Translations under genes and position numbers: made by a program | Assembly (NCBI GenBank): GCA_965213925.1 | Contig: OZ243927.1 | Location: 1,440,001 to 1,504,000, forward strand | Reading direction: 5' to 3' | DNA from: Trueperaceae bacterium | GTDB lineage: Bacteria; Deinococcota; Deinococci; Deinococcales; Trueperaceae | Length of the DNA: 64,000 nt | Notes under the pieces: generated by a model | Told to the model about the DNA's origin: nothing | What the model saw: only the letters and a program-made list of their open reading frames with translations | Database searches by the model: none | Shown here: piece after piece, positions 38,249 through 48,422 of the stretch | How the letters are laid out: each line of letters opens with the position of its first letter | Numbering within the stretch: position 1 is the first letter of the stretch

Positions 38249-39967
38249 GTGAGCTTTCTCGCGCCGCAATTTTTATGGCTCTTGCTCGCGTTGCCCGTGG
38301 TGGTGGCGCTGCATTTTGTGCGCAGCAGGCGCAAGCGTTTGGACGTGTCCGCGCTCTTTTTGTGGCGGCAAGCCGCGCAACTCGCCGAGCGCCGCCGCCG
38401 CTTTTCGCCGACCTGGTTGCTCGCGCTGCAGCTTCTCTTCGTGAGCTTGGCGGCGCTCGCCCTGGCGCAACCCAGTTTCAACGTGGGGGGCGCACCGGAG
38501 CGCGTGCTGATCGTCGACGCTTCGGCGAGCATGGCGGCGCGGGATGGCGGGTCGACTCGCCTCGAGCGGGCAAAAGCGGAAGCGGCGGACCTCTTAGCAG
38601 GTGCGGGGCGCGTCGCGGTCCTCCGCGCCGGGCTAGACGCGACCGTCGCGCAACCCCTCAGCTCAGACAGAGGAGCCGTCCGCCGCACCTTGCAGGACCT
38701 CACGGCGGCGGACGCGAGCGCCGACTTGCAGCGCGCCCTCGACCTCGCCGCTTCGGTCGCGCCGGGCGCGGAGCTTCACCTCTTTAGCGATGACCTAGCG
38801 GGTGTGGTCGAGCCGCCCGGAAGCGCGCTCACCTTTCACCCGGCGGTACAACTTGACCAAACTGACGTGCCCCTTCAAAGCCCAGCCAATTGGGGTGTCA
38901 GCGCGTTCGATTTGCGCAACCAGCAAATCTTCGTTTCGGTGGTGAGCAACGCGCGCCGTCCGCAAGAGGTCACGCTCAGCGTGACCAGAGACGGTACCGG
39001 GGAGGATAGACCCGTCGCGCAGACCTCGCTCCTCGTGCCGAGCCAGGGGCAGGCGAACACCTCGTTTCCGGTCGAAGACATGACAGGGTTCTACCGCGCC
39101 GTGATCGAGGTGCCAAGCGAAGATGCCCTCGACCTCGACAACGAAGCCTTCGCGGGCAGCCGCACGCTGGGCGTGGTCGTGACGCCGCCGACGCCGCGCA
39201 TAGAGCGCGTGCTGCGCATCTTGCCGGGTGTGGAGGTGCGCAGCGTGCGGTCGCTCCCGGAGGGTGAAGGGGCTCTCGAGTACGACGTTCTCATCTCTTC
39301 GAACCCGCCACCGGAGACCTTAGCGCCCGGTCGTTACCTCTTCTTCAGAGCGCCCAGCGAGGAGCCGCGCTACGCGCAGATCGCCGACTGGGACCGGAGC
39401 GACCCGCTGCTGCGCTTCGTCGACCTGACGGGCGTGACGGTGGGCTTGCCGCCGGAGGACGCCGAAGCCGCCCCGCTGCCCGCAGGGGACTGGCGCACGT
39501 TGGCGCAGACGAGCGACCTCTCGCCCGCCCTCTTGCGCCTGAGCGAGCCGGGCGTCGAAGCCGCCTTGCTCCGCTTTCACCCCTCTCAGACCGACCTGGT
39601 GCGCCGCGTCGCCTTTCCTATCCTCATGACGAACCTAATGGACGCCTTTCGCGGTGAGCCCCGCTTGCCCTTGGGCGCGCCGCTCAGTGTAGACGGGGGG
39701 AACGCCGGCGAACGCGCGACCGAGCCGGGCGTCTATACCGTCGGCGGCGCGCCCTACAGCGTGAGCTTGTTAAGCGCGGCGGAGTCACGCCTAGAGACCT
39801 CGCTCCCTACGGCTCTTAGCACGCAGAGCGGCGCGGCAAACCCGCCTGAAGAGGCGACGGAGCGCCGCAACTTAGGGCTCTGGCTCACGCTCACCGCGCT
39901 CCTCGTGCTGGTGGGCGAGTGGCTGCTCTGGTCGCGCGGAGGCGGAGGCGGGTGGGCGAGGGCCTAA
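38249..39967 (+). CDS. BatA/vWA-domain membrane protein
   Basis: MSFLAPQFLWLL...LALAQP (BatA), IVDASASM (MIDAS), DALDLDN, C-terminal TM with EWLL. Confidence 0.85.
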   Translation: MSFLAPQFLWLLLALPVVVALHFVRSRRKRLDVSALFLWRQAAQLAERRRRFSPTWLLALQLLFVSLAALALAQPSFNVGGAPERVLIVDASASMAARDGGSTRLERAKAEAADLLAGAGRVAVLRAGLDATVAQPLSSDRGAVRRTLQDLTAADASADLQRALDLAASVAPGAELHLFSDDLAGVVEPPGSALTFHPAVQLDQTDVPLQSPANWGVSAFDLRNQQIFVSVVSNARRPQEVTLSVTRDGTGEDRPVAQTSLLVPSQGQANTSFPVEDMTGFYRAVIEVPSEDALDLDNEAFAGSRTLGVVVTPPTPRIERVLRILPGVEVRSVRSLPEGEGALEYDVLISSNPPPETLAPGRYLFFRAPSEEPRYAQIADWDRSDPLLRFVDLTGVTVGLPPEDAEAAPLPAGDWRTLAQTSDLSPALLRLSEPGVEAALLRFHPSQTDLVRRVAFPILMTNLMDAFRGEPRLPLGAPLSVDGGNAGERATEPGVYTVGGAPYSVSLLSAAESRLETSLPTALSTQSGAANPPEEATERRNLGLWLTLTALLVLVGEWLLWSRGGGGGWARA

Positions 39968-40617
39968 TCCGCCCCCGCATCCGTATCTTCTGCGCTCGTA
40001 TCTGAATCTGTTGTACCTGTTTCGCTGAGCGCCCCTACGACGCTAAAACGCACCGTCACCTCGTCAGCCACCGTCGTTCCTAAAAAGCTCGGGCGGTCCA
40101 TGTCGTAGTCGCTCAGGAGCACGCCGAAGTTGCCGCTAGCGCGGAGCACGCGGTTGCCACCCGTGTTTGTCAACGAAACTTCCGCTGGCACTGTAACCTC
40201 GCGTGTAACGCCGTGCATGTCGAGCGTCCCTACCAAATTGACCGTCTCGGTCTCGCCTACCGCCAAGCTCGCCGTTTCTGCCTGCACGCCCTCAGCGGTG
40301 AGCGTAATCACCGGGTACTCGCCCGTCTCGAAGACGCCGCGGCGCGCGTTGGCGTCGCGGATGAGGTTGCCCGAGTCGAACTTTCCGGGGTCGAGCGTCG
40401 CTTCTAAACTCAGCTCATTTAGGGTGTCGCTGTCGAAGGTCAGCTCGAGCGTCTCTAAGGGCGCACGTCCCTGCCAGGTGCTGCGCGAGTCGGAGGCTTC
40501 GTACTCGATGAAGCTCTCCTGCTGCAGCGCGGCGCGGTAGGTCGTCGCCGTGAGCAAGAGGGCCATGAGGAAGAGCGCGCACCCGAGCAGCGCGGTTTTC
40601 AGCGGTTGTTTCGTCAT
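39964..40617 (-). CDS. YceI family lipid/polyisoprenoid-binding protein
   Basis: Signal peptide; FDSGNLIRD, YPVITL, GTLDMHGVTREV, LSDYDM. Confidence 0.85.
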   Translation of the reverse strand: MTKQPLKTALLGCALFLMALLLTATTYRAALQQESFIEYEASDSRSTWQGRAPLETLELTFDSDTLNELSLEATLDPGKFDSGNLIRDANARRGVFETGEYPVITLTAEGVQAETASLAVGETETVNLVGTLDMHGVTREVTVPAEVSLTNTGGNRVLRASGNFGVLLSDYDMDRPSFLGTTVADEVTVRFSVVGALSETGTTDSDTSAEDTDAGAD

Positions 40618-40883
40618 AGTTTAGTATGGCGGCTGGGGCGAGCCGAAAAGGTGAGGGGTGTTTCATATCAGCGTGAGCGCGCCGGAAAGGTGCGGAGGGC
40701 TGAAAGGAGCACATTCTAATCTGAATTTTCCTTTTGTACCCAGTCAAGGTCGGGACATGTGCGCTTCACCGCTTTTCTCAGAGAAGACAGGGTATGTTGT
40801 AGAGATGAAGAGGGCATTCCCTCGTGCACGCAAGGCGCTACGATTACTAAAATAAGAGATGTTCAAAATCGGAAGGAGATTAG

Positions 40884-41516
40884 ATGAAGTCTAAAGGAAT
40901 CCTCGTCACCGCGCTTATCGTCATAACCGTTATCTTCACCGCGTTCAACTGGGGGGCGCTGTCCACCTACTTGCCTATTAACTTCCTCTTTTTCCAGGTT
41001 CAGCTTCCTCTGGGGCTCTTCCTCATCGGCGCGTTTCTCCTCGCGTGCCTGCTCTTTTTACTGCTGTCACTCTTTAGGCGCGCGGGTCAGCTTCGCCACG
41101 TGATGCACATCGAGCGTCAACTCGACGAGGTACAAAAAAAGCTGGAGAAGCAGCGCTCCGATGAAATTGTGGGGCTCGAGAACAAGATTCTCGGGCGGCT
41201 CGACGGTTTAGAGACCCGTATGTCCGAAACCGACACCGGCTTTCGCACCGTCGTCAGCGAGCACACCAACCACATCGAGGCGCACGAGCGCGCCCAAGTC
41301 GAGCGCTTAGAAGAGCGCGTCCTCTTGATGCGCAACGAACTCGCCGCCGACATCGCTCAAGTCGAGAGTTCTCTAAGAAAGAGCCTGCCCTCTTCCGGGT
41401 CTGGGTCTGGGTCGTTCAGCGACTCCGCGTCGTCCAGCGGCTCCACATCGTCATCTGGTATGTCCACCAAGCCGGACATCACCGTTGTGGATAAAGAGGT
41501 GAAACGCGCGCCATAA
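40884..41516 (+). CDS. LapA-like two-TM protein with coiled coil and Ser-rich tail
   Basis: FTAFNW...INFLFF...LPLGL, then coiled coil; AAGGAG RBS. Confidence 0.7.
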   Translation: MKSKGILVTALIVITVIFTAFNWGALSTYLPINFLFFQVQLPLGLFLIGAFLLACLLFLLLSLFRRAGQLRHVMHIERQLDEVQKKLEKQRSDEIVGLENKILGRLDGLETRMSETDTGFRTVVSEHTNHIEAHERAQVERLEERVLLMRNELAADIAQVESSLRKSLPSSGSGSGSFSDSASSSGSTSSSGMSTKPDITVVDKEVKRAP

Positions 41517-41517
41517 A

Positions 41518-41836
41518 GAGCAACGAGTTAAAAGCAATGAGCAATGAGTACACTGTCAACTAAATAATGAGTGATGTCATTCTGAACGCAGCCCTACGGC
41601 GAGCGTAGGATAGACTCCGCGGAGTGAAAGAATCTCTGCCCTTGCTGACTCCTCTGACAGAGAACGAAAGTTACGAAGTTTTGGTATAGCCAAACGAGAC
41701 CCTCACGCCTTCGCCGAAGCTCCGCTCTACTTCGTGAACAGGGTGACAGCAGTAAGAGAGTATCGATACTTAATTAACGGTGTAATGAGTGAAAATCTTT
41801 AGACTCATTGCTCGTTGCTCATTGCTCGTTACTTCC
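41518..41836. repeat. Heptamer-repeat hairpin (gcaatga)n/(tcattgc)n split by MITE copy 4
   Basis: gagcaacgag...agcaatgagcaatgag | MITE | atgag...ctcattgctcgttgctcattgctcgtt. Confidence 0.75.
41548..41785 (-). mobile_element. MITE-like dispersed repeat, copy 4
   Basis: GTACACTGTCAA...TTAACGGTGTAA; TGA (ATGAG context) on both flanks; inverted internal blocks TGTCATTCTG...AAGAATCTC...CGAGACCC...CAGGGTGACA. Confidence 0.82.
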
Positions 41837-41890
41837 CTACTTGTTCTACAAAACAGCGGAACTCACCGCGCTATCTGCTACGCTAAAGCT

Positions 41891-42253
41891 ATGGAACAAG
41901 CTACCCCCACCCCAGCCGAGCAAAACGGAAGTGCGGACCTTCCCACGAAAGAGGCGCTTTTAGAAGCGCTTAAAGTCGTGAAAGACCCTGAAATCCCTGT
42001 GAACGTCGTGGACTTAGGGCTCATCTACAACGTCGACGTGAAAGAGGGCGGTGAAGTCGACGTTGAGATGACGCTAACGAGCATGGGCTGCCCCGTTCAG
42101 GACATGATCCAAGCCGACGCCGAACTCGCCTGCATGAAAGTGGATGGCGTGAAAAAGGTCAACGTCGAGTTCGTGTGGTCGCCGCCCTGGTCGCCCGAGA
42201 AGATGTCGGACGACGGGAAAAAGCAGATGCGGATGTTTGGATTCAACATCTGA
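41891..42253 (+). CDS. Metal-sulfur cluster assembly factor (SufT/PaaD/MIP18, DUF59)
   Basis: VKDPEIPVNVVDLGLIY, MTLTSMGCP, VWSPPWSPEKMS. Confidence 0.92.
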   Translation: MEQATPTPAEQNGSADLPTKEALLEALKVVKDPEIPVNVVDLGLIYNVDVKEGGEVDVEMTLTSMGCPVQDMIQADAELACMKVDGVKKVNVEFVWSPPWSPEKMSDDGKKQMRMFGFNI

Positions 42254-42284
42254 GCTAGATGTCATCTAACAGCTAATGTGCGGC

Positions 42285-42312
42285 GTAGGGGAGGTTCATG
42301 AACCTCCCCTAC
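42285..42312 (+). repeat. GTAG-type REP palindrome
   Basis: gtaggggaggttc-at-gaacctcccctac, perfect stem. Confidence 0.8.
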
Positions 42313-42407
42313 TTTTGTGAAAATTTTGCGGCAGCGGGCTATATAGGTCTTTCATACTTGAGAAGAGGTGCGCCGTTGCGCCTTAGTCTCGAGTTTAGGA
42401 ATCCACC

Positions 42408-42977
42408 ATGATTAGACCTCTTTCATTCGCGTTAGCCGCCCTCCTTTTGCTTGCTTCATGCGCACCGTCGGCAAGTTCGTCGAACTACGCCGAGCAAATT
42501 TCCGAGAACTTCTTTCGCCTGCCCGACACCTTCAGCATGAACGGAATAAGAAAACAGAAGAGAACAGTCGTGCCCGTTAAACCTGGTCAAACGGTTTTGG
42601 TAGAGAGACCTTCGACGACCGAAGACGGCATCATCGCCTTGACCAGTACCAGAAGGAAATCCGCGCCCATCGTTTATGACGAAACTGAGAAGTACGTTAT
42701 CGCCGAACTAATAGCGCCGCAGGGTTGGACAGCGAGTATCAACTCTGTAAAAAAGGTCGTTGAGTTTGATTCATCAGTGCGATTGGATGCGTACCACTGG
42801 GTCGATATGGGCGGAAATTACGAGCTGAAAGGTACGGGTATGATTCGCTCCAGCAATATCATTAGCTTCACCGTTCCGGAGGATACGCAGCCGGGACGCT
42901 ACCGCTTTAGAGCGCAGTATGAAGCCGAGGGGAAGAAATACCCACCTAGTATCGAGTTTATCGCAGAAGTCCTCTGA
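42408..42977 (+). CDS. Hypothetical lipoprotein
   Basis: Lipobox LASC; visibly more AT-rich codon usage than its neighbours; AGGA RBS. Confidence 0.75.
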   Translation: MIRPLSFALAALLLLASCAPSASSSNYAEQISENFFRLPDTFSMNGIRKQKRTVVPVKPGQTVLVERPSTTEDGIIALTSTRRKSAPIVYDETEKYVIAELIAPQGWTASINSVKKVVEFDSSVRLDAYHWVDMGGNYELKGTGMIRSSNIISFTVPEDTQPGRYRFRAQYEAEGKKYPPSIEFIAEVL

Positions 42978-42995
42978 ATTTTTAGGGTAGCAGGC

Positions 42996-43024
42996 GTAGG
43001 GACGGGCTTCAAACCCGTCCTTAC
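42996..43024 (+). repeat. GTAG-type REP palindrome overlapping the addA stop
   Basis: gtagggacgggc-ttca-aacccgtccttac. Confidence 0.75.
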
Positions 43025-45754
43025 GCGCTTTCCGAAGCGAGCCCCTCCCTAAACGCCTCCTCGAGTACTTCCAGTTGCAACCTCACAACCCGCTTGTCCC
43101 GCAGATACACGAGTTGCACCTGCGGCGTCACCTTGCGGACCTCGCGGATCGCCTGCAAGTAGACGCCGAGCTGGAAGTGATAGCGCTCCGGCTCGACGAC
43201 TTGATCGGTTTTGTAGTCCTCCAAAATCCAATCGTCACCGACGCGGTAGAGGCGGTCGATGACGCCCTGCCAGACGGTCGCGCCGCGGGGCAGCGCCATC
43301 GGCAGTTCGGGGTGGTCTTCGTCGCGCGCGTTTAGGGCGGGGAGTTCGTTTCTCAAGAGGTCTTCGTAGTTGCTAAGTAACCCTCCGACCTCGAGCAAGA
43401 TATCTTGCTGCTCGTTCTCGCTAAAGGGAAACATCACCTCTTGCGCCCCTCAAATTGTGAAGGTGTACTGGATTGTCCGCGCGCCAATTCTGCGAGATGG
43501 CGTAGTGAACCAAGGTGCCCACCGTGCGCGAGCGACCCGGCAAGCGCTCGCCCTCGTCGGGGTCGGCGATGGGCAGCGGTTCGAAAGGGGCTCCTTTGAG
43601 GCTCGAGGGCGACGACACGGGCGGATGCGGATGCGGCGGGAAGGTGCGCGCGACCCAGGGGGAAGGCTCGAGGCTAGGGCGCACCTTATGATTGGAAGAG
43701 GTCGCGGTGACAGGCGCATACGCCCACGTTTTGAGGACGAAGTCGGGGCGCGCCCAAGACGCCGCGCCCGCGCCTAGACCCATCGCGTCCAACCCTTTCG
43801 CCCAACCGTCGGGCTTAGTCCCCTTCACGCTGCCGCTCATCAGCAGCACGTCTTTAGCGCGAGACGCCGCCACGTAGAGCAGGCGGTAGCTCTCCTCTTC
43901 CTCTCGAGCTTGCGCCGCCTCCTTCATCGCCCCGAACTGCGGCGTGTCTTTCAGGGCGAGGTGCCCGGTTTTGGGCTCTACATACAGCGGTTGCGGGTGG
44001 TGATAGGTCTTGCGCCCTAAGTCGAAGACGGCGACCGCGTCCCACTCGAGCCCCTTCGCCCGGTGGACGGTGAGCAGCGAGATCCCCTCGCCGCTCTGCG
44101 GCACGTCGCCCGCTTCGGCTTGGCGGCTCAGGAGGTCGAGGCGCTCTAGCAACACTTCGATTTCCCCCGGCGGCTGCTCCGCGACGGTAAAAAGGAGCGC
44201 GTCCACGTTTTCTCTCGCCCGCGCCTCCAGAAAGTCCATGTAGCGCTTGCCGCCGACGAAGGGCTCCCGAATCAGAAATTTAAGCGCCGCGAGCGGGGTC
44301 GCGCGGACCTGTTCGCGGATTCGCGCCAAGCGTCCGAACAGCTCGGGGTAGTCAGACCCCAAGCGGGCGACGGGGTCTTCCGCCGAGAGGACCCGGTCGA
44401 GTTCGTCAAGCTCGAGCGCGGCAAAGGGGCTCCGCAGCCACGCGCCTAAGCTCAGACCGGACGGGTCGATGCCGACGCGCAGCGCGTGGTAGAGGTCGCG
44501 CACTTCGATGCGTTCGTAGTAGCCGCGCCCTTGCAGCAAGACGTAGGGGAGACCCGTCGCGTCCAGCGCGGCTTCCATGTAGGCGAGCCCGCTGTAAGAC
44601 CTAGCCAAGACCGCCATCTGACCCGGCGCGTAGTGTTCGCATAGCGCCGCCAGCCGTTCCGCCAAGACCTTCGCTTCATAGCGGCGCAGGTCGCCCACCG
44701 GCTGCTCGCCCGTGACCCAGTGAAGCTCGACGCGCCCGCGTTTCTCGGCTTGCGCGCCGGCGGCGTAGACTTCGGGGGCTTCGTTTTGGCTAAAGCCTAA
44801 GTTGTGCGCCGCAAAGGTGCGCGTCATGCCGTTCAGAAAGCGCGTCAAGACGGCGGCGTGGCGGCGCGTTTTGTCCAGTGGCGCTAAGACGTCGCCCGTG
44901 CGGAGCGCGCGGCGGAAGACCTCCACGTCGGCGTTCCGAAAGCCGTAGATGGACTGCTTGGGGTCGCCCACGACTTCGACGCGGATGTCGGCGGACTCGA
45001 GCCGCCTAAAAAACTCCCCCTGCAGCGGGTTCACGTCCTGAAACTCGTCCACGAGCACCACGCGGTAGCGCGCCGCGAGACGCGCCAGCGCGTCCTCCGT
45101 CTGCGCCATCACGAGCGCGCGCCGCTCGACCTCGGCGGGCGGCAAGAGCCGCGCCCCCAAGCGCACGCGGTAGCGGTCATACACCGCGTCAAAGAGCTTG
45201 AGGAGCGCCGTATTTGTGGTGTTCGGCGCGTCCTCGCGGTTTCTGAAACGTTCCGTCAGGGAGCGCTGTCCGAAGAGGTGCATGACGAGCGGCGCGGCGT
45301 TCTCGCCGAGGGCGCTCACAGCTGGGTAGAGACCGTGCTTGGGGTCGTTCGCCACGTAGAGGAGTGAGGTCAACTCCTCCTCGAACATGACCGACGCCTC
45401 CCACTCACCGAGCGAGCGCACGTCCGGGTCTAAACCCAACTGCGGCGCGACCAAGCGCAGCGCCTCGCGCATGAAGCCGTGGATGGTGGTGAGCGTCGCG
45501 CCGCTCAGCTCGCGTTCGGCCTCCTCGAAGGAGGCCCTCGCGTCCGGCGGCGGGCAGAGGTCGAGGTAGCGCCCGGTCTCCAGGACGACCCCCAACCCCG
45601 ACGCGACGCGCTGGCGCAACTCGTTCGCCGCCGTGCGCGTGAAGGTGACGCCCGCGACGCGGCGGAGCGGCGTTCCTCCAGACAGAAGCTCCAAGTAGCG
45701 CCGCACCAAGCTCGTCGTCTTACCCGTGCCAGCGGAGGCGACGCGGACCCTCAC
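43021..45754 (-). pseudogene. addA: AddA-like UvrD helicase/nuclease, frameshifted in this sequence near 43446-43449
   Basis: ASAGTGKT, VTFTRTAA, TTIHGF, VDEFQD, VGDPKQSIYGFR, LTVHRAKGLE, LLYVAASRA; the nuclease motif GVIDRL...EDYKT is in another frame; deleting one C of the C4 run gives continuous NLRAQEVMFPF. Confidence 0.8.
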
Positions 45755-45768
45755 GCTAGCCCGTCACC

Positions 45769-48090
45769 TTAGCGCTGCCCCACGCGGCACAGGTCGAAGA
45801 CGCGGCACTCGCGGCATACGAAGCCGGGGCGGGGCGTCACGTCGCCCCCCTCAAAGCGGACGAACGCGCGCGACGCCTTCTGCTGCCGCGACGCGATCTG
45901 CCGCCACACGTAGCTGATGGGGGCGCCGAACACGTCGACGGGCTCGCCCAACACGGGCAGGAGGTAGAGCCGCACGCCGGAGATGCGCGGACCATACGTG
46001 TCTATAAGGTGCCCCGCCGCCCACAGCTCGTTCCAGCGGTGCGGTTTGCGGACCCACGCCTCGGCGTCCGCTTGGGTCCAGGGCCCCGGTTGCACGAAGG
46101 TGTAGAGCCGCATCTCCTGCCCGGAGCGACCCGCCGCGTCGAGCAGGGCGAAGGGACCGCTCGAGCCTTCGGGCAGCGCCACGCCGTAGGTCAGCGGCAG
46201 GAGGGTTTCCTCTATAGTTGCCAGCCACGCCGCCGCCTCCGGGTAGCGCGCCTGGAGCGCCCCGAGTCTCGCGACGTTAAGCTTGCGCACCTCGCGCAAA
46301 TCGCGCACGAGCGCGCGCCACCAGGGGAGGTCCTCTTGCGCTACGCGCCGCTCCGCCCAGTAGCGAAAGCCGCACGCGGCGTAGCGCGCTAAGGCTTGGA
46401 CGCGCGGCGAGCCGAGCCTGACAGCCTTGAACGACGGGTCGAAGGGGGAGGCTTGGTGCAGCTCGAGCCGACTCCCCGCCGCTACCGCCGGCAGAGGCGC
46501 GCAAGCCGCCCCGACGAGCGCGGGCTCCGGCACGAGCGGTCCGCCCTGGTCGGCTTCGGGATACGTCACAACGACCTCGTCGCCCCGCGTGAGCAGTTCG
46601 GCGAAGAGGAGCGCATCGCGCCCTAAAAAGCGTTTGGGGAGCCCCGCCCCTCGCTCCGGGCTGAAGATCGCCTCGAGCGACCCCCGTTTCTCCTCCGGCG
46701 TAAAGTAGTCCTCCGCCTCGCCGACCGTGTACGCGCCCTCGACCGCGTGCGCGACGTAGACCCGCCTAAAGCGCCGCCCCGAGGCGAGCTTGGCGGTAAG
46801 CAGCGCGACGCCCCCTTTCGGTCGCGAGAAGAGAAAGGTCTCTTGCAAGAGCGCCCCCCACCAGGCGCGGAACTGGGCACCTTTAGCGAGTTGCGCGGCC
46901 TCTTTGGCGCGCTCTAAGGCGTGGTCCTTGAAACTGCCCCAATCGAAGCGCGCCGCGTTCACCCCGAATTCAGGCAAGCTCTCCACCAAATCTTGCGCCC
47001 ACGCAAGCTCGCCGTCCGGCACGTCTAAGCGCCCCAGCCACGCGCGCCACCGCTCGCTCTCGCCGACCTCTTGCGCTAGGAGCGTCAGCGCCTCGCGCCC
47101 CGCCACGCCCCGCGTGAGGGCGGCTTTGGCTAGGGGCGCAAGTTCGGGGATGGCTAATAGCCTCGAGGCGGTCGGGTAGTCGGGCAGCTCCAAGAGGTCC
47201 AAAAGAAGGCGTCCTTGCGGCGTCTCGGCGAGCGCCTTGGGCGTCTCGTCCATCGTCGGCACGCCGTACTCGTCCGCTAGGGACAAAAACGCCCGCACCT
47301 CTCGCTCGGGCAAGATGACCGCTAAGTCCAGGGCGTCGTAGCCGTTCGCCAGGTCGCGCTTGAGGGCGCGCAGGAGCCAGCGCGACTCGGCGACGGGGTT
47401 CGGCGCGCGGTGGGTCTGGACATTGCATGTGCTCGCACGTTCGACCCTTTCGCTCGCCTCTTCACCGGGCGGCGCGTCGGGCAGGCTCAGCCACACGTCT
47501 GTTGTCTGAGCGAGGGCTTTGTAAAGTTCAAGCTCCAAAGGTCCGAGTTCCCTAAAGCCGTCGACCACGATGAGGTCGGCTTCGGGCTCCGCGTCGCCGG
47601 AGAGGGCTAAATGGAGAGCCTCGAGCCGAAAGTCGTCGTAGTCCCACGTCTCACCTTTTAGCGCCTCGTAAAGACGTAACACGGCGCGAAAACGCGCGGT
47701 CTCCTCGTCGTGCACCTCGACCTCTCGCCAGGTCAATCCGAAACGCTTCGCCTCGGCAACCGCCCGCGTGAAGAGCCGCGCCTCGCCCGGCGAGGGCAGT
47801 TCGTTACGCAACTTTTTAAGCGCTTCGCCGACCAGCGCGATGCGCCCCGTGCCGACGACGAGCGGCTTGAGCTTGAGCGCGTGCGCGAGCAGGCGGTAAT
47901 AAACCTGCTGCGAGGAGAGGAATTCCAGACCCAAGACCGCGCCCTCTTCAGCCAGTCGCCGATAAACGTAAGCGCGCTGACTCGGCAAGCCGACCCACCA
48001 CACGCGCTCGCCCCGGTGCGCCGCCCTTCTCGCGACGCCTAACAGCTTCGTCGTTTTGCCCGCGCCTGGCGGACCGGTGAGGAGGTTCAC
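45769..48090 (-). CDS. AddB-like partner subunit (P-loop, degenerate helicase, Fe-S staple domain)
   Basis: LLTGPPGAGKT, IVVDGF, YAACGFRYW plus C-terminal CRECRVFDLC; directly upstream of addA. Confidence 0.8.
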   Translation of the reverse strand: MNLLTGPPGAGKTTKLLGVARRAAHRGERVWWVGLPSQRAYVYRRLAEEGAVLGLEFLSSQQVYYRLLAHALKLKPLVVGTGRIALVGEALKKLRNELPSPGEARLFTRAVAEAKRFGLTWREVEVHDEETARFRAVLRLYEALKGETWDYDDFRLEALHLALSGDAEPEADLIVVDGFRELGPLELELYKALAQTTDVWLSLPDAPPGEEASERVERASTCNVQTHRAPNPVAESRWLLRALKRDLANGYDALDLAVILPEREVRAFLSLADEYGVPTMDETPKALAETPQGRLLLDLLELPDYPTASRLLAIPELAPLAKAALTRGVAGREALTLLAQEVGESERWRAWLGRLDVPDGELAWAQDLVESLPEFGVNAARFDWGSFKDHALERAKEAAQLAKGAQFRAWWGALLQETFLFSRPKGGVALLTAKLASGRRFRRVYVAHAVEGAYTVGEAEDYFTPEEKRGSLEAIFSPERGAGLPKRFLGRDALLFAELLTRGDEVVVTYPEADQGGPLVPEPALVGAACAPLPAVAAGSRLELHQASPFDPSFKAVRLGSPRVQALARYAACGFRYWAERRVAQEDLPWWRALVRDLREVRKLNVARLGALQARYPEAAAWLATIEETLLPLTYGVALPEGSSGPFALLDAAGRSGQEMRLYTFVQPGPWTQADAEAWVRKPHRWNELWAAGHLIDTYGPRISGVRLYLLPVLGEPVDVFGAPISYVWRQIASRQQKASRAFVRFEGGDVTPRPGFVCRECRVFDLCRVGQR

Positions 48091-48181
48091 GCTCCACACT
48101 ATACCTAGCATGTGGGCGTTCGAGGGAGATTTCGTAGCGTAAAAGGCGTTTTAGCGTCGTTCCTTTTTGAACTTAGCGGTA

Positions 48182-48385
48182 GTACAGCGTTAAGTAAAAA
48201 ATGAGGTGTGTCATTCTGAGCGGAACCCTCACCAGGGCAGGCTCCGTGGAGCGTAAGAATCTCTGCCCTTGCTGACTCCTCTGACAGAGATTGTGAGACG
48301 AGACCCTCACGCCTTCGCCGGACTTCGTCGTACTACGTGAATAGGGTGACATGTAAGAGGTAGCAATATTTTGTTGATAGTGTAG
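48182..48385 (-). mobile_element. MITE-like dispersed repeat, copy 5
   Basis: GTACAGCGTTAA...TTGATAGTGTAG; GTAG context on both sides; shares AAGAATCTCTGCCCTTGCTGACTCCTCTGACAGAGA with copy 4. Confidence 0.8.
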
Positions 48386-48422
48386 TAGCCAGCCCAACTG
48401 AACCTCAGCGCATCAAACCATC

